From the NCBI GenBank assembly GCA_031272715.1, contig JAISTH010000079.1:2805-66804 (forward strand): DNA of 64,000 bases, written 5' to 3'. Both the position numbers and the translations under genes were made by a program. This document shows, one piece after another, positions 53,901-60,663 of the stretch. Positions within the stretch are counted from its first letter, which is position 1, and each line of letters begins with the position of its first letter. Origin of the DNA: Desulfovibrio sp. (GTDB lineage Bacteria; Desulfobacterota; Desulfovibrionia; Desulfovibrionales; Desulfovibrionaceae). The notes below the pieces were generated by a model, which did not search any database, was not told the DNA's origin, and was given only the letters and a program-made list of their open reading frames with translations.

Positions 53901-54704
53901 CTCATCTTCATCTACTCCACCGTCAGCCAGCTGGGCTACATGGTCCTGGCGGTGGGGGCCGGAGGCGCCCTCGGCTGGGGCGGCGGCATGCTCCACGTCA
54001 TCAACCACGTCTTCTTCAAGGACCTCCTCTTCCTCGTGTGCGGCGCCCTCATGTTCGCCACCCACAGGGAGACCCTCGAGGACCTGGGCGGACTGGGACG
54101 CAGGATGCCCTTCACCCTGGCCGTCTTCGCCATCGCGGGCCTCTCCCTCGTCGGCGTCCCGCCCACCAGCGGGTTCTCCTCCAAGTGGCTGATCTACCAC
54201 GCCCTCATGGACGCCCAGCAGCCCTTCCTGGCGCTCCTGTCGCTCCTTGGCAGCGTGATCACCCTGGCGTACGTGGCGAAGTTCCTCCACGCCGCCTTCC
54301 TCGGGCAGCCCGCCCCGGACCTCGACACCGTCCGGGACGCCCCTGCCGTCATGCGCGTCCCCATGGGCATCCTGGCCTTCGGCTGCCTCCTCACGGGCAT
54401 CTTCCCGGGGCTCGCCCTCAGGCCCATCAACGCCATCCTCGCCGAATACGGCGTGCAGACCCTTCCCATCAGCCTCGCCGGCGTCACCGCCGGGCCCGGC
54501 GCGTGGAACGCCACGGCCATCTTCGTCATGGCCGCCGTCGCGTTCTTCGCCGGACGCTACTTCGTCCTGCGCTTCACGCATCTGCGGGACATCGACGTCC
54601 ACACCTGCGGCCTGCCGCCGGAGGTGGCCACCAGCCGCATGAGTCCCTCCAGCGTCTACGGTGGCCTGTCACGCCTCTTTAACTCGGCGAAAGCGACACG
54701 ATAG
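50985..54704 (+). CDS. cooM: Coo-type energy-converting hydrogenase, large antiporter-like membrane subunit
   Basis: 1239 aa with repeated MrpA/D-like modules (WELM, HSWLPDAHPAAP, AYST, NH..MK/FFK). Confidence 0.92.
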   Translation: MSVPLFSTQASMFLLLLGVALMLAGAYRAVQHRRDPRIFIIYGLMHDVGVVCLGLAVPSPLASAGLWLYVLFQLITRGLALAGCAPLVASPVPADYMRLRGVGHGSAAGALFALGLLAAVGGSPFLVPEGRTLLVKGLLTLEGCGGITVLMILACTLTIFIWLSVDLVRHMVLEKPADADAGQAAPRCTTLMWVLAAATALMGLARTPIADIAGRPYGVVLEHATTNPAFAVLYLGALVVGIACLFRARIAPTIGVCASALSLVLAVAFDAPPLSRFFLIVLTLIGLVVSVYSLGYIRHNVGRYWFFLLLTFASLTGIVSADGRDALYGYWELMTFASYFLVVHEENKTAYDAGLKYYVMCAGGALFMLPGLFLLDGLAGPLGMKTEMMPWVQLGLVLTLVGLAVKAGLVPLHSWLPDAHPAAPSSVSGPLSGVITKMGIFGIVSIVFIQGNFGVAQMPGLFGLSWFGTGLVVMGAATLIYGEIMALCQDDIKRMLAYSTLGQLGEVTLVLGMGTWLATTGALWHVLNHAVMKDLLFLGAGALILRTGSRSLKDMRGLGRMMPWTTSCIAVGLVSIMGLPPFGAFYSKYLMIQAAAQAGHLWIAALILAGSLVGAIYYTRILRTLVFEERPASLPRVHEAPASMRYALAVLAVASLVLCLVPQIPMQLLSSAASYCFRPDAVDASILNALSIPWPIYVVVPIFGALIPAVLASDRKKAGWSSVIVLLLTAVLVLLFGTAMDTLSYCFAIIVPTIGAINMAYAVGYMEHSHTQWRFFAAFTCMCGALVGVAASRYLLGFFLFWEIMSSWTLYMAIAHEGTAPSLREAFKYFIFNMAGAAFIFLGICVLGPTTPFMAGLTSGYSPSLTPTTTWLGMSLLAIGFVLKAAQLPIRIDWQMHPALAPTPVSGYISSVLLKSAIVALVKLLALLGGALAVTGLMTPVHMDVINVGVMWIGAITIIYSGLKALQVNGLKLIFIYSTVSQLGYMVLAVGAGGALGWGGGMLHVINHVFFKDLLFLVCGALMFATHRETLEDLGGLGRRMPFTLAVFAIAGLSLVGVPPTSGFSSKWLIYHALMDAQQPFLALLSLLGSVITLAYVAKFLHAAFLGQPAPDLDTVRDAPAVMRVPMGILAFGCLLTGIFPGLALRPINAILAEYGVQTLPISLAGVTAGPGAWNATAIFVMAAVAFFAGRYFVLRFTHLRDIDVHTCGLPPEVATSRMSPSSVYGGLSRLFNSAKATR

Positions 54705-54716
54705 AGGAGCTTCCCG

Positions 54717-55688
54717 ATGACCGACACACTGCTCGCCTTGCTGCACATGTGCCTCTTCCCAGGAGGCGTGTTCGCTCTGGCCGTGGGCTTCTTCTTCAAG
54801 GGCCTGGACCGCAGGGTCGAGGCGCGGCTGCAGAGCCGCGTCGGCCCCCCGCTGGTCCAGCCCTGGATAGACATCGCCAAGCTCCTCACCAAGGAGACCC
54901 TGATCCCGAAGACGGCCTGCAGACAGGCGTTCCTGATGGCGCCCGTCCTGGGGTTCACGGGCATGGCGGTCTGCGCGGCCTTCATCCCCGTCCCGGGCGT
55001 CTTCAACGGCCTCTTCAACATGGGGGACCTGCTGGTCCTGTTCTACCTGCTGCCCATCCCGGCCATGGCCATCATGGTGGGCGGCTCGGCCTCCAGCTCC
55101 CCCTTCGGCGCCATGGGCTTCTCCCGGGAGATGTCCCTGATGCTGGCCTACGAAACGCCGCTGCTCATGATCCTGCTGACGGTGGCCATGCTGGTGGGGA
55201 AGGGCCTCACCGGCGGCGCCTGGGGGGCGGAGTTCTCCCTCCTCAAGATCGTCGCCTACCAGCAGCAGACCGGATCCTTCGGGCTCAACCCCGTGATGAT
55301 CCCGGCGCTGCTGGCGTACCTGATCTTCCTTCCCGGCACCATGGGCGTTGCGCCCTTCGACATCCCCGAGGCCGAGACCGAGATCATCGAGGGACCCCTG
55401 CTGGAATACGGCGGCCCGCTCCTGGCCCTCTTCCAGGTGACCAGCGCCCTCAAGACCTTCGTGGTCCTGGGACTCGGCGTGGCCCTCTTCTTCCCGGGAA
55501 CCGTCAGCGACCTGTGGCTCGTGAACCTCGGCTGGTTCCTCCTCAAGACCCTCGCGCTGATGCTTCTCTCCCTGACCCTCGTGAAGTCCGCCAGCGGCCG
55601 GATGCGCATCGACCAGGCCTTCCGGTTCTACGTGACCGTGCCCTGCGCCCTGGCCCTGTGCAGCCTGCTCCTCGTCTGGTTCGTATAA
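54717..55688 (+). CDS. cooK: Hydrogenase membrane subunit (NuoH-like)
   Basis: RRVEARLQSRVGPP and PFDIPEAETEI..G...EY. Confidence 0.93.
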   Translation: MTDTLLALLHMCLFPGGVFALAVGFFFKGLDRRVEARLQSRVGPPLVQPWIDIAKLLTKETLIPKTACRQAFLMAPVLGFTGMAVCAAFIPVPGVFNGLFNMGDLLVLFYLLPIPAMAIMVGGSASSSPFGAMGFSREMSLMLAYETPLLMILLTVAMLVGKGLTGGAWGAEFSLLKIVAYQQQTGSFGLNPVMIPALLAYLIFLPGTMGVAPFDIPEAETEIIEGPLLEYGGPLLALFQVTSALKTFVVLGLGVALFFPGTVSDLWLVNLGWFLLKTLALMLLSLTLVKSASGRMRIDQAFRFYVTVPCALALCSLLLVWFV

Positions 55689-55698
55689 GGAGGTCCGC

Positions 55699-56148
55699 GT
55701 GTCCATAGACCACCTGCTCAAGAAACTGTCCGTCCGTTCCCCGTGGCTCTTCCGCATCAACGCGGGATCCTGCAACGGCTGCGACGTGGAACTGGCCACG
55801 ACCGCCTGCATCCCCCGCTACGACGTGGAACGCTTCGGCTGCAGATACTGCGGCAGCCCCCGCCACGCGGACGTCGTGCTCATCACCGGCCCCGTCACCA
55901 CCAAGGTGCGGGATCGGGTCCTCACCGTCTGGAACGAGATACCCGAGCCCAAGGTCACCGTCGCGGTGGGCATCTGCCCCATCTCCGGAGGCGTCTTCCG
56001 GGACAGCTACTCCATCGACGGCCCCCTCGACCGGCTCATCCCCATCGACGTCAACGTGCCCGGATGTCCGCCCAGACCCCAGGCGATCCTGGAGGCCGTC
56101 GTCCTCGCGCGCTCCATCTGGATGAAGAAACTGGGCCTGGAGGGGTAA
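55699..56148 (+). CDS. cooL: Hydrogenase small subunit
   Basis: GSCNGCDVE, G.C..SGG and PGCPPRP. Confidence 0.94.
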   Translation: MSIDHLLKKLSVRSPWLFRINAGSCNGCDVELATTACIPRYDVERFGCRYCGSPRHADVVLITGPVTTKVRDRVLTVWNEIPEPKVTVAVGICPISGGVFRDSYSIDGPLDRLIPIDVNVPGCPPRPQAILEAVVLARSIWMKKLGLEG

Positions 56149-56151
56149 GAC

Positions 56152-56706
56152 ATGTCAAGCTTCCTCAAAGTGCTCTTCCGCAACGTGCTGAACGGGCCGA
56201 GCACCGACCCCTTCCCCCTGGGGGAGACCTTCACCCCCGACAGGCTCCGGGGCAAGGTGCTCATCGATCCGGAACTCTGCATGGGCTGCGGCACATGCAA
56301 AGAGGTCTGCACCGCCGGCGCCATCGACCTCTCGGAACTCGCCGACGGCTCGGGCTTCCGCATCACCGTCTGGCAGAACTCCTGCTGTCTGTGCGCCTCG
56401 TGCCGCCACTACTGTCCCACGGGGGCGGCAAGCCTCATCCCGGACTGGCATGCGGCCCATCCCGAGGAGGACAAGTACGTCCGCATCGAGCAGCAGACGG
56501 TGAAGTACGAGCCCTGCTCCAACTGCGGCACCCTCATGCGGCCGATCCCGGCCAAGCTCGCCAGGAAGCTCTACGCCTCCTCCCCGGAACTGGATCCGGA
56601 ACAGCTGCGGCACCTCTGCCCGGCATGCCGGCGGCTCCGTGACGCCCTGAAGGGACGGCCCTTCCCGGTGGCCGCGGCGAAGGTTCCTGCCGAGGCGCAG
56701 GCGTGA
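56152..56706 (+). CDS. cooX: Hydrogenase Fe-S subunit
   Basis: CMGCGTCKEVC and CCLCASCRHYCP. Confidence 0.92.
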   Translation: MSSFLKVLFRNVLNGPSTDPFPLGETFTPDRLRGKVLIDPELCMGCGTCKEVCTAGAIDLSELADGSGFRITVWQNSCCLCASCRHYCPTGAASLIPDWHAAHPEEDKYVRIEQQTVKYEPCSNCGTLMRPIPAKLARKLYASSPELDPEQLRHLCPACRRLRDALKGRPFPVAAAKVPAEAQA

Positions 56707-56819
56707 GAGGCTGACCGGACCGGAAGGTCCGACGGCACGCGGCCGCAAGCCGCGGCGCGACGACAAGGCCTCGTCGGCGCGAATGCGCCCGGGGCGCGAC
56801 AGATCAGGGAGACAAACTC

Positions 56820-57359
56820 ATGCAGGAAACAATAGCCGGCAACGGGGCGGTCATCGACGCCATAGCGCCGCTGTGCACCGGCGTGAACGCCGTGCGCCAC
56901 AACAGCGACACCTTCGGCAACGGCTACCACTGGTTCAGGCTGGACGACCCCAAGTCCATGACGAAGGCCGCGGAACCGCTGGCCAAGGCCGGGGCGCGCC
57001 TGTGCATGGCCTCCGCCTACAACCGCAGGCAGCCCGCCGATCCCAGGCAGGAAATCTGCTACCACTTCGAACTCGACGGCGCCGTCTACAACATCACGGC
57101 GCCCCTGGCCGACGAGGGGGCGAGCGTCCCCTCCATCACCGCCTTCTTCGCGAACGCCGACTGGCACGAGCGGGAGATGATGGAACTCTACGGCGTCAAG
57201 GTGTCCGACCAGCCCAACCCCCGCCGTCTCTTCCTGGACGAGCGCAAGGACAAGGGCCTGCTCGACGGGGCCGTGCCCCTCTCCGTCATGATGAACGGGG
57301 CCTGCAGCAAGGACCTCTGGGAGCACATCCTCAAGGACAAGGAGTCGGACAAGGCCTAG
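56820..57359 (+). CDS. cooU: Hydrogenase subunit (NuoC-like)
   Basis: YHF, PSIT..F.NADWHEREM.ELYG and RRLFLD. Confidence 0.92.
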   Translation: MQETIAGNGAVIDAIAPLCTGVNAVRHNSDTFGNGYHWFRLDDPKSMTKAAEPLAKAGARLCMASAYNRRQPADPRQEICYHFELDGAVYNITAPLADEGASVPSITAFFANADWHEREMMELYGVKVSDQPNPRRLFLDERKDKGLLDGAVPLSVMMNGACSKDLWEHILKDKESDKA

Positions 57360-57494
57360 CGGCCTTTCCAGGGTCCCGCGCAGCGGCGCGACGGCCCGCA
57401 CGCAACAGAAGGAACCTCAGCGGAGGCCGCATTCCTCCCCGTCCCAAGGCCCTCACGCGGCCACGAGGCGGGACATCCTGCGGAAGAGAACCCA

Positions 57495-58613
57495 ATGAAA
57501 GCCGACACGACCATCGAGACCACCGTCACCGGTCCCCGGACCTTCTCCATGCCCCTCGGGCCCGTCCACGTCGCCCTGGAGGAACCGGTCTACTTCCACC
57601 TCGAGGTGGAAGGGGAGACCGTCCGCAAGGTGACGCTGACCTCCGGGCACGTCCATCGCGGGATGGAGGCCCTGGCGGCCCAGCGCAACCTGATCAAGAA
57701 CGTCACCCTCACCGAGCGGGTGTGTTCCCTGTGTTCCAACAGCCACTCCTTCACCTACTGCATGGCCGTGGAGAACGTCCTCGGCATCTCCATCCCCATG
57801 CGGGCGCGCTACCTGCGCACCATGTCCGAGGAGATCAAGCGGGTGGCCTCGCACCTCTTCAACACGGCCATCCAGGCCCACATCATCGGCTACAAGTCCC
57901 TCTTCATGCACACCATGGAAGTGCGGGAGATCATGCAGGACGTGAAGGAGACGGTGTACGGCAACCGCATGAACATCTCCTCCAACTGCATCGGCGGCGT
58001 GAAGTGCGACCTGACCCCGGAGCTCTTCAAGTACATTCTGGGCGCCCTGGACAAGGTGGAGCCCCTCGTGGACGAGCTGCGGGAGATCTACGCCACCAAC
58101 CCGCTGGTGCTGGGACGCACCAAGGGCATAGGCATGTTCCCCAAGGAGGACGCGCTGCGGCTGGGCATCGTCGGCCCCGTCGCCCGGGGATCCGGCATAT
58201 GCAAGGACGTCCGCAAGGACTCCCCCTACGCCGCCTATCCCCTCGTGGACTTCAAGGTCGTCGTCAAGGACGGCGCCTGCTGCCACACCCGCACGCAGCT
58301 GCGCTTCGACGAGATCTTCGAGTCCATCTCCATCATCCGCCAGTGCTGCCGCGACACGCCCGACGGCCCCCTGGTCGCGCCCATGAACGAGATCCGCGTG
58401 GCGGAGGCGGTCGCCCGGACCGAGGCCCCGCGGGGGGAGGTCTTCTACTACATACGCACGGACGGGACGGACGTCCCCGCCAGGCTCAAGTGGCGCGTGC
58501 CCTCCTACATGAACTGGGAGGCCCTGCCGGTCATGATGAAGAACTGCAACGTCGCCGACGTGGCCCTGATCACGAACACCATAGACCCCTGCGTCTCCTG
58601 CACGGAACGATAG
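57495..58613 (+). CDS. cooH: Group 4 [NiFe]-hydrogenase large subunit
   Basis: L1 ERVCSLCS and L2 DPCVSCTER at the C-terminus with no extension. Confidence 0.95.
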   Translation: MKADTTIETTVTGPRTFSMPLGPVHVALEEPVYFHLEVEGETVRKVTLTSGHVHRGMEALAAQRNLIKNVTLTERVCSLCSNSHSFTYCMAVENVLGISIPMRARYLRTMSEEIKRVASHLFNTAIQAHIIGYKSLFMHTMEVREIMQDVKETVYGNRMNISSNCIGGVKCDLTPELFKYILGALDKVEPLVDELREIYATNPLVLGRTKGIGMFPKEDALRLGIVGPVARGSGICKDVRKDSPYAAYPLVDFKVVVKDGACCHTRTQLRFDEIFESISIIRQCCRDTPDGPLVAPMNEIRVAEAVARTEAPRGEVFYYIRTDGTDVPARLKWRVPSYMNWEALPVMMKNCNVADVALITNTIDPCVSCTER

Positions 58614-58638
58614 GGAGGAACTCGGGAGCCGCACGTCG

Positions 58639-59046
58639 ATGCACGAGGCCAGCCTTGTGCAGGGCCTGCTCTCCCTCGTCCTGGAGACGGTGCGGGACCA
58701 CAACGAGGCCCACCCCGACGACCAGGTGGAACGCATCACGGACATCGTCTGCGACATGGGGCTGCTGTCCTGCGTGGAACCGCAGACGCTGAGCGGATGC
58801 ATGGAACTCCTCGCCGAGGGGACGCCCGCCGAAGGGGCGCGGCTCACCCTGCGGACAAGCCCCCTCCCCTGCACGTGTTCCCGGTGCGGGGCGGCGTTCG
58901 AACTGACGCGACGGCATTTCGCCTGTCCCGTCTGCGGGGGCGACGAACTGAACTTCAGCGGGGGGCACGGCCTCACGCTGCAATCCATAAGCGTTGCATC
59001 CTCACCGATGCAAGCCGGGGAAGAAGAACATGCGCGAACACATTGA
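58639..59046 (+). CDS. hypA: Hydrogenase nickel chaperone
   Basis: MHE, CxxC...CPxC. Confidence 0.93.
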   Translation: MHEASLVQGLLSLVLETVRDHNEAHPDDQVERITDIVCDMGLLSCVEPQTLSGCMELLAEGTPAEGARLTLRTSPLPCTCSRCGAAFELTRRHFACPVCGGDELNFSGGHGLTLQSISVASSPMQAGEEEHARTH

Positions 59047-59716
59047 AGTGCTACCGGACAAGTGTCTTGCCTGCAGACTCTGCGAGGTCGCCTGCATCGC
59101 CGCCCACCACGGCATGACCGTCAAGGACGCCATGAAGCGCCGGAACGAGTTCACCGCCCGTGTGGCGGTGGTGAAGACGGAGGACGGCCTCAAGACTTCC
59201 CTGCGCTGCCACCAGTGCGACGATGCGCCCTGCGCCCACGTCTGTCCCACCGGCGCGCTGCAGCTGACGGAGAAGGACATCCTCGTCCGTCCGGAGTTCT
59301 GCATCGCCTGCAAGATGTGCATCTCGGTCTGTCCGTACGGCGCCATCGCCCTGGAGCGGCAGGCGGACGTGCCGGCCGTGCAGGAGGAGGGGGCGGCCGT
59401 CCCCGCGCCGCGGTGCCCGCACCGGGAGGTGGCGGTGCGCTGCGACGTGTGCGTGGAGTGGCGGGCCGAGAACGGCAAGGAGGTCCCCGCCTGCATGGAG
59501 GCGTGCAAGGCGAGGGCGATCACGTTGGTGGAACCCGACGGGAGGGTCATCGTCCTGCCGCCGCCCCCCAAGAAGGAGAAGGCCGAGGGCGGAAAGCCCG
59601 AAGGGAAGCCGGAAGGGGAGAAGGCGGAGGGGGCCGAGAAGCCTGCGCCGGCCGCCGAGGCCGGGAAGGGCGAGAAGCCTGCCAAGGGCGGCAAGGGCGA
59701 GAAGAAATCCGGCTGA
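59030..59716 (+). CDS. cooF: 4x[4Fe-4S] electron-transfer protein with K/E/G-rich tail
   Basis: CLACRLCEVAC, CHQCDDAPC..VCP, CIACKMC..VCPYG and CDVC..PAC..AC. Confidence 0.9.
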   Translation: MREHIEVLPDKCLACRLCEVACIAAHHGMTVKDAMKRRNEFTARVAVVKTEDGLKTSLRCHQCDDAPCAHVCPTGALQLTEKDILVRPEFCIACKMCISVCPYGAIALERQADVPAVQEEGAAVPAPRCPHREVAVRCDVCVEWRAENGKEVPACMEACKARAITLVEPDGRVIVLPPPPKKEKAEGGKPEGKPEGEKAEGAEKPAPAAEAGKGEKPAKGGKGEKKSG

Positions 59717-59828
59717 AGTCCCGGAGTCCGGCCCCGGTTCCGTTCCCGTTCCCCGGCCGCCCCGGGGGCGGATCCCGTGATCGACGCTTCGACGCGCCGT
59801 CCCTGACGGCCGCGACGTGAAACCAAAC

Positions 59829-59866
59829 GCCACCCGGCGCCCCAAAGGCGCCGGGTGGCTTCGTTT
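59829..59866. terminator. Probable bidirectional terminator between cooF and fliS
   Basis: GCCACCCGGCGCC-CCAAA-GGCGCCGGGTGGC followed by TTCGTTT and preceded by an A-rich stretch. Confidence 0.75.
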
Positions 59867-59936
59867 CCGGGAGGATCACTTTTTCCGGAGGTATCCCCTT
59901 CTTCCGGAGGATCACCTTTTTTCCGGAGGTATCCCT
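59864..59936. repeat. Four ~18-bp direct repeats (A-B-A-B) in the fliS 3' UTR
   Basis: TTTCCGGGAGGATCACT / TTTTCCGGAGGTATCCCC / TTCTTCCGGAGGATCACC / TTTTTTCCGGAGGTATCCCT. Confidence 0.85.
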
Positions 59937-59941
59937 GCCCG

Positions 59942-60619
59942 TCACTCGCCGGAGGCGGCGGCGCGCTGACGGGCCTCGGAGAAGTTGATCAGCTTGGCCT
60001 GACCCGAAGGAGGCGGCGTCGGGGCCTGCAGGGACTGCGACTGGGAGAACTGGTGCACCACCGCCCGCTGGGGTTCCGGGGAGGGCTGCGGCGCCGCGCC
60101 CTGGGGACCCGCCGGAACCGCCCTGCCGTACACCGCCTTCGCATGGGCCATGGAGGCCGTCGCGGTCTGGGGCTGCGGCGCCTGGATGCGGGCCTTCACG
60201 GCCACGGCGGGCTGCAGGCGCTCGGAGATCTGCGCGGACGCCTCCCGGGCCTCCGGCGTCTCCAGGATCTGGGCATAGGCCCCCCGCAATCCCGAGAGGA
60301 TGTGGTAGACGCTGTCCAGGGTCTCGAGGTTCATCTTCAGGTTGGCCTGCAGGAGCCTCGCCGTGCACAGGATGTAGAGGTTGTTCAGGTTGACGGCCAG
60401 ATCCCCGCCCCTCTCCATGTTCAGCGAGGCGGACAGCTCGTTGACGATGTCGATGACCTTGGAGATCAGGATACCCTTGCCGGCGTAGTCCTTCGCCAAC
60501 ATCCTGTCCCTGGCCTGCTGCAGGTACTTGAGCGCGCCATCGTACAACAGGATCAGCAGCTGACCCTGATCCGTGGTGCTGACCTTAGTCTGGAAATATG
60601 CCTGTGCTGCTTTTTGCAT
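59942..60619 (-). CDS. fliS: Flagellar export chaperone FliS with extended C-terminal tail
   Basis: AY....V.T..Q.QL.ILLYDGA..., I..EL.ASLNME.GG..A.NL..LY. Confidence 0.93.
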   Translation of the reverse strand: MQKAAQAYFQTKVSTTDQGQLLILLYDGALKYLQQARDRMLAKDYAGKGILISKVIDIVNELSASLNMERGGDLAVNLNNLYILCTARLLQANLKMNLETLDSVYHILSGLRGAYAQILETPEAREASAQISERLQPAVAVKARIQAPQPQTATASMAHAKAVYGRAVPAGPQGAAPQPSPEPQRAVVHQFSQSQSLQAPTPPPSGQAKLINFSEARQRAAASGE

Positions 60620-60663
60620 ACTAGAATCCCCTCGACATGATTGCCTGAAGGTTAGAGTGTGAA

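Noticed and set aside
50985-58613. NADH dehydrogenase (Nuo) or Ech operon
   Set aside because: The large subunit has both NiFe CxxC motifs, and the 1239-aa membrane subunit plus the hypA-cooF order match Coo.
59864-59936. CRISPR array
   Set aside because: Units are ~18 bp, adjacent, with no unique spacers and no cas genes.
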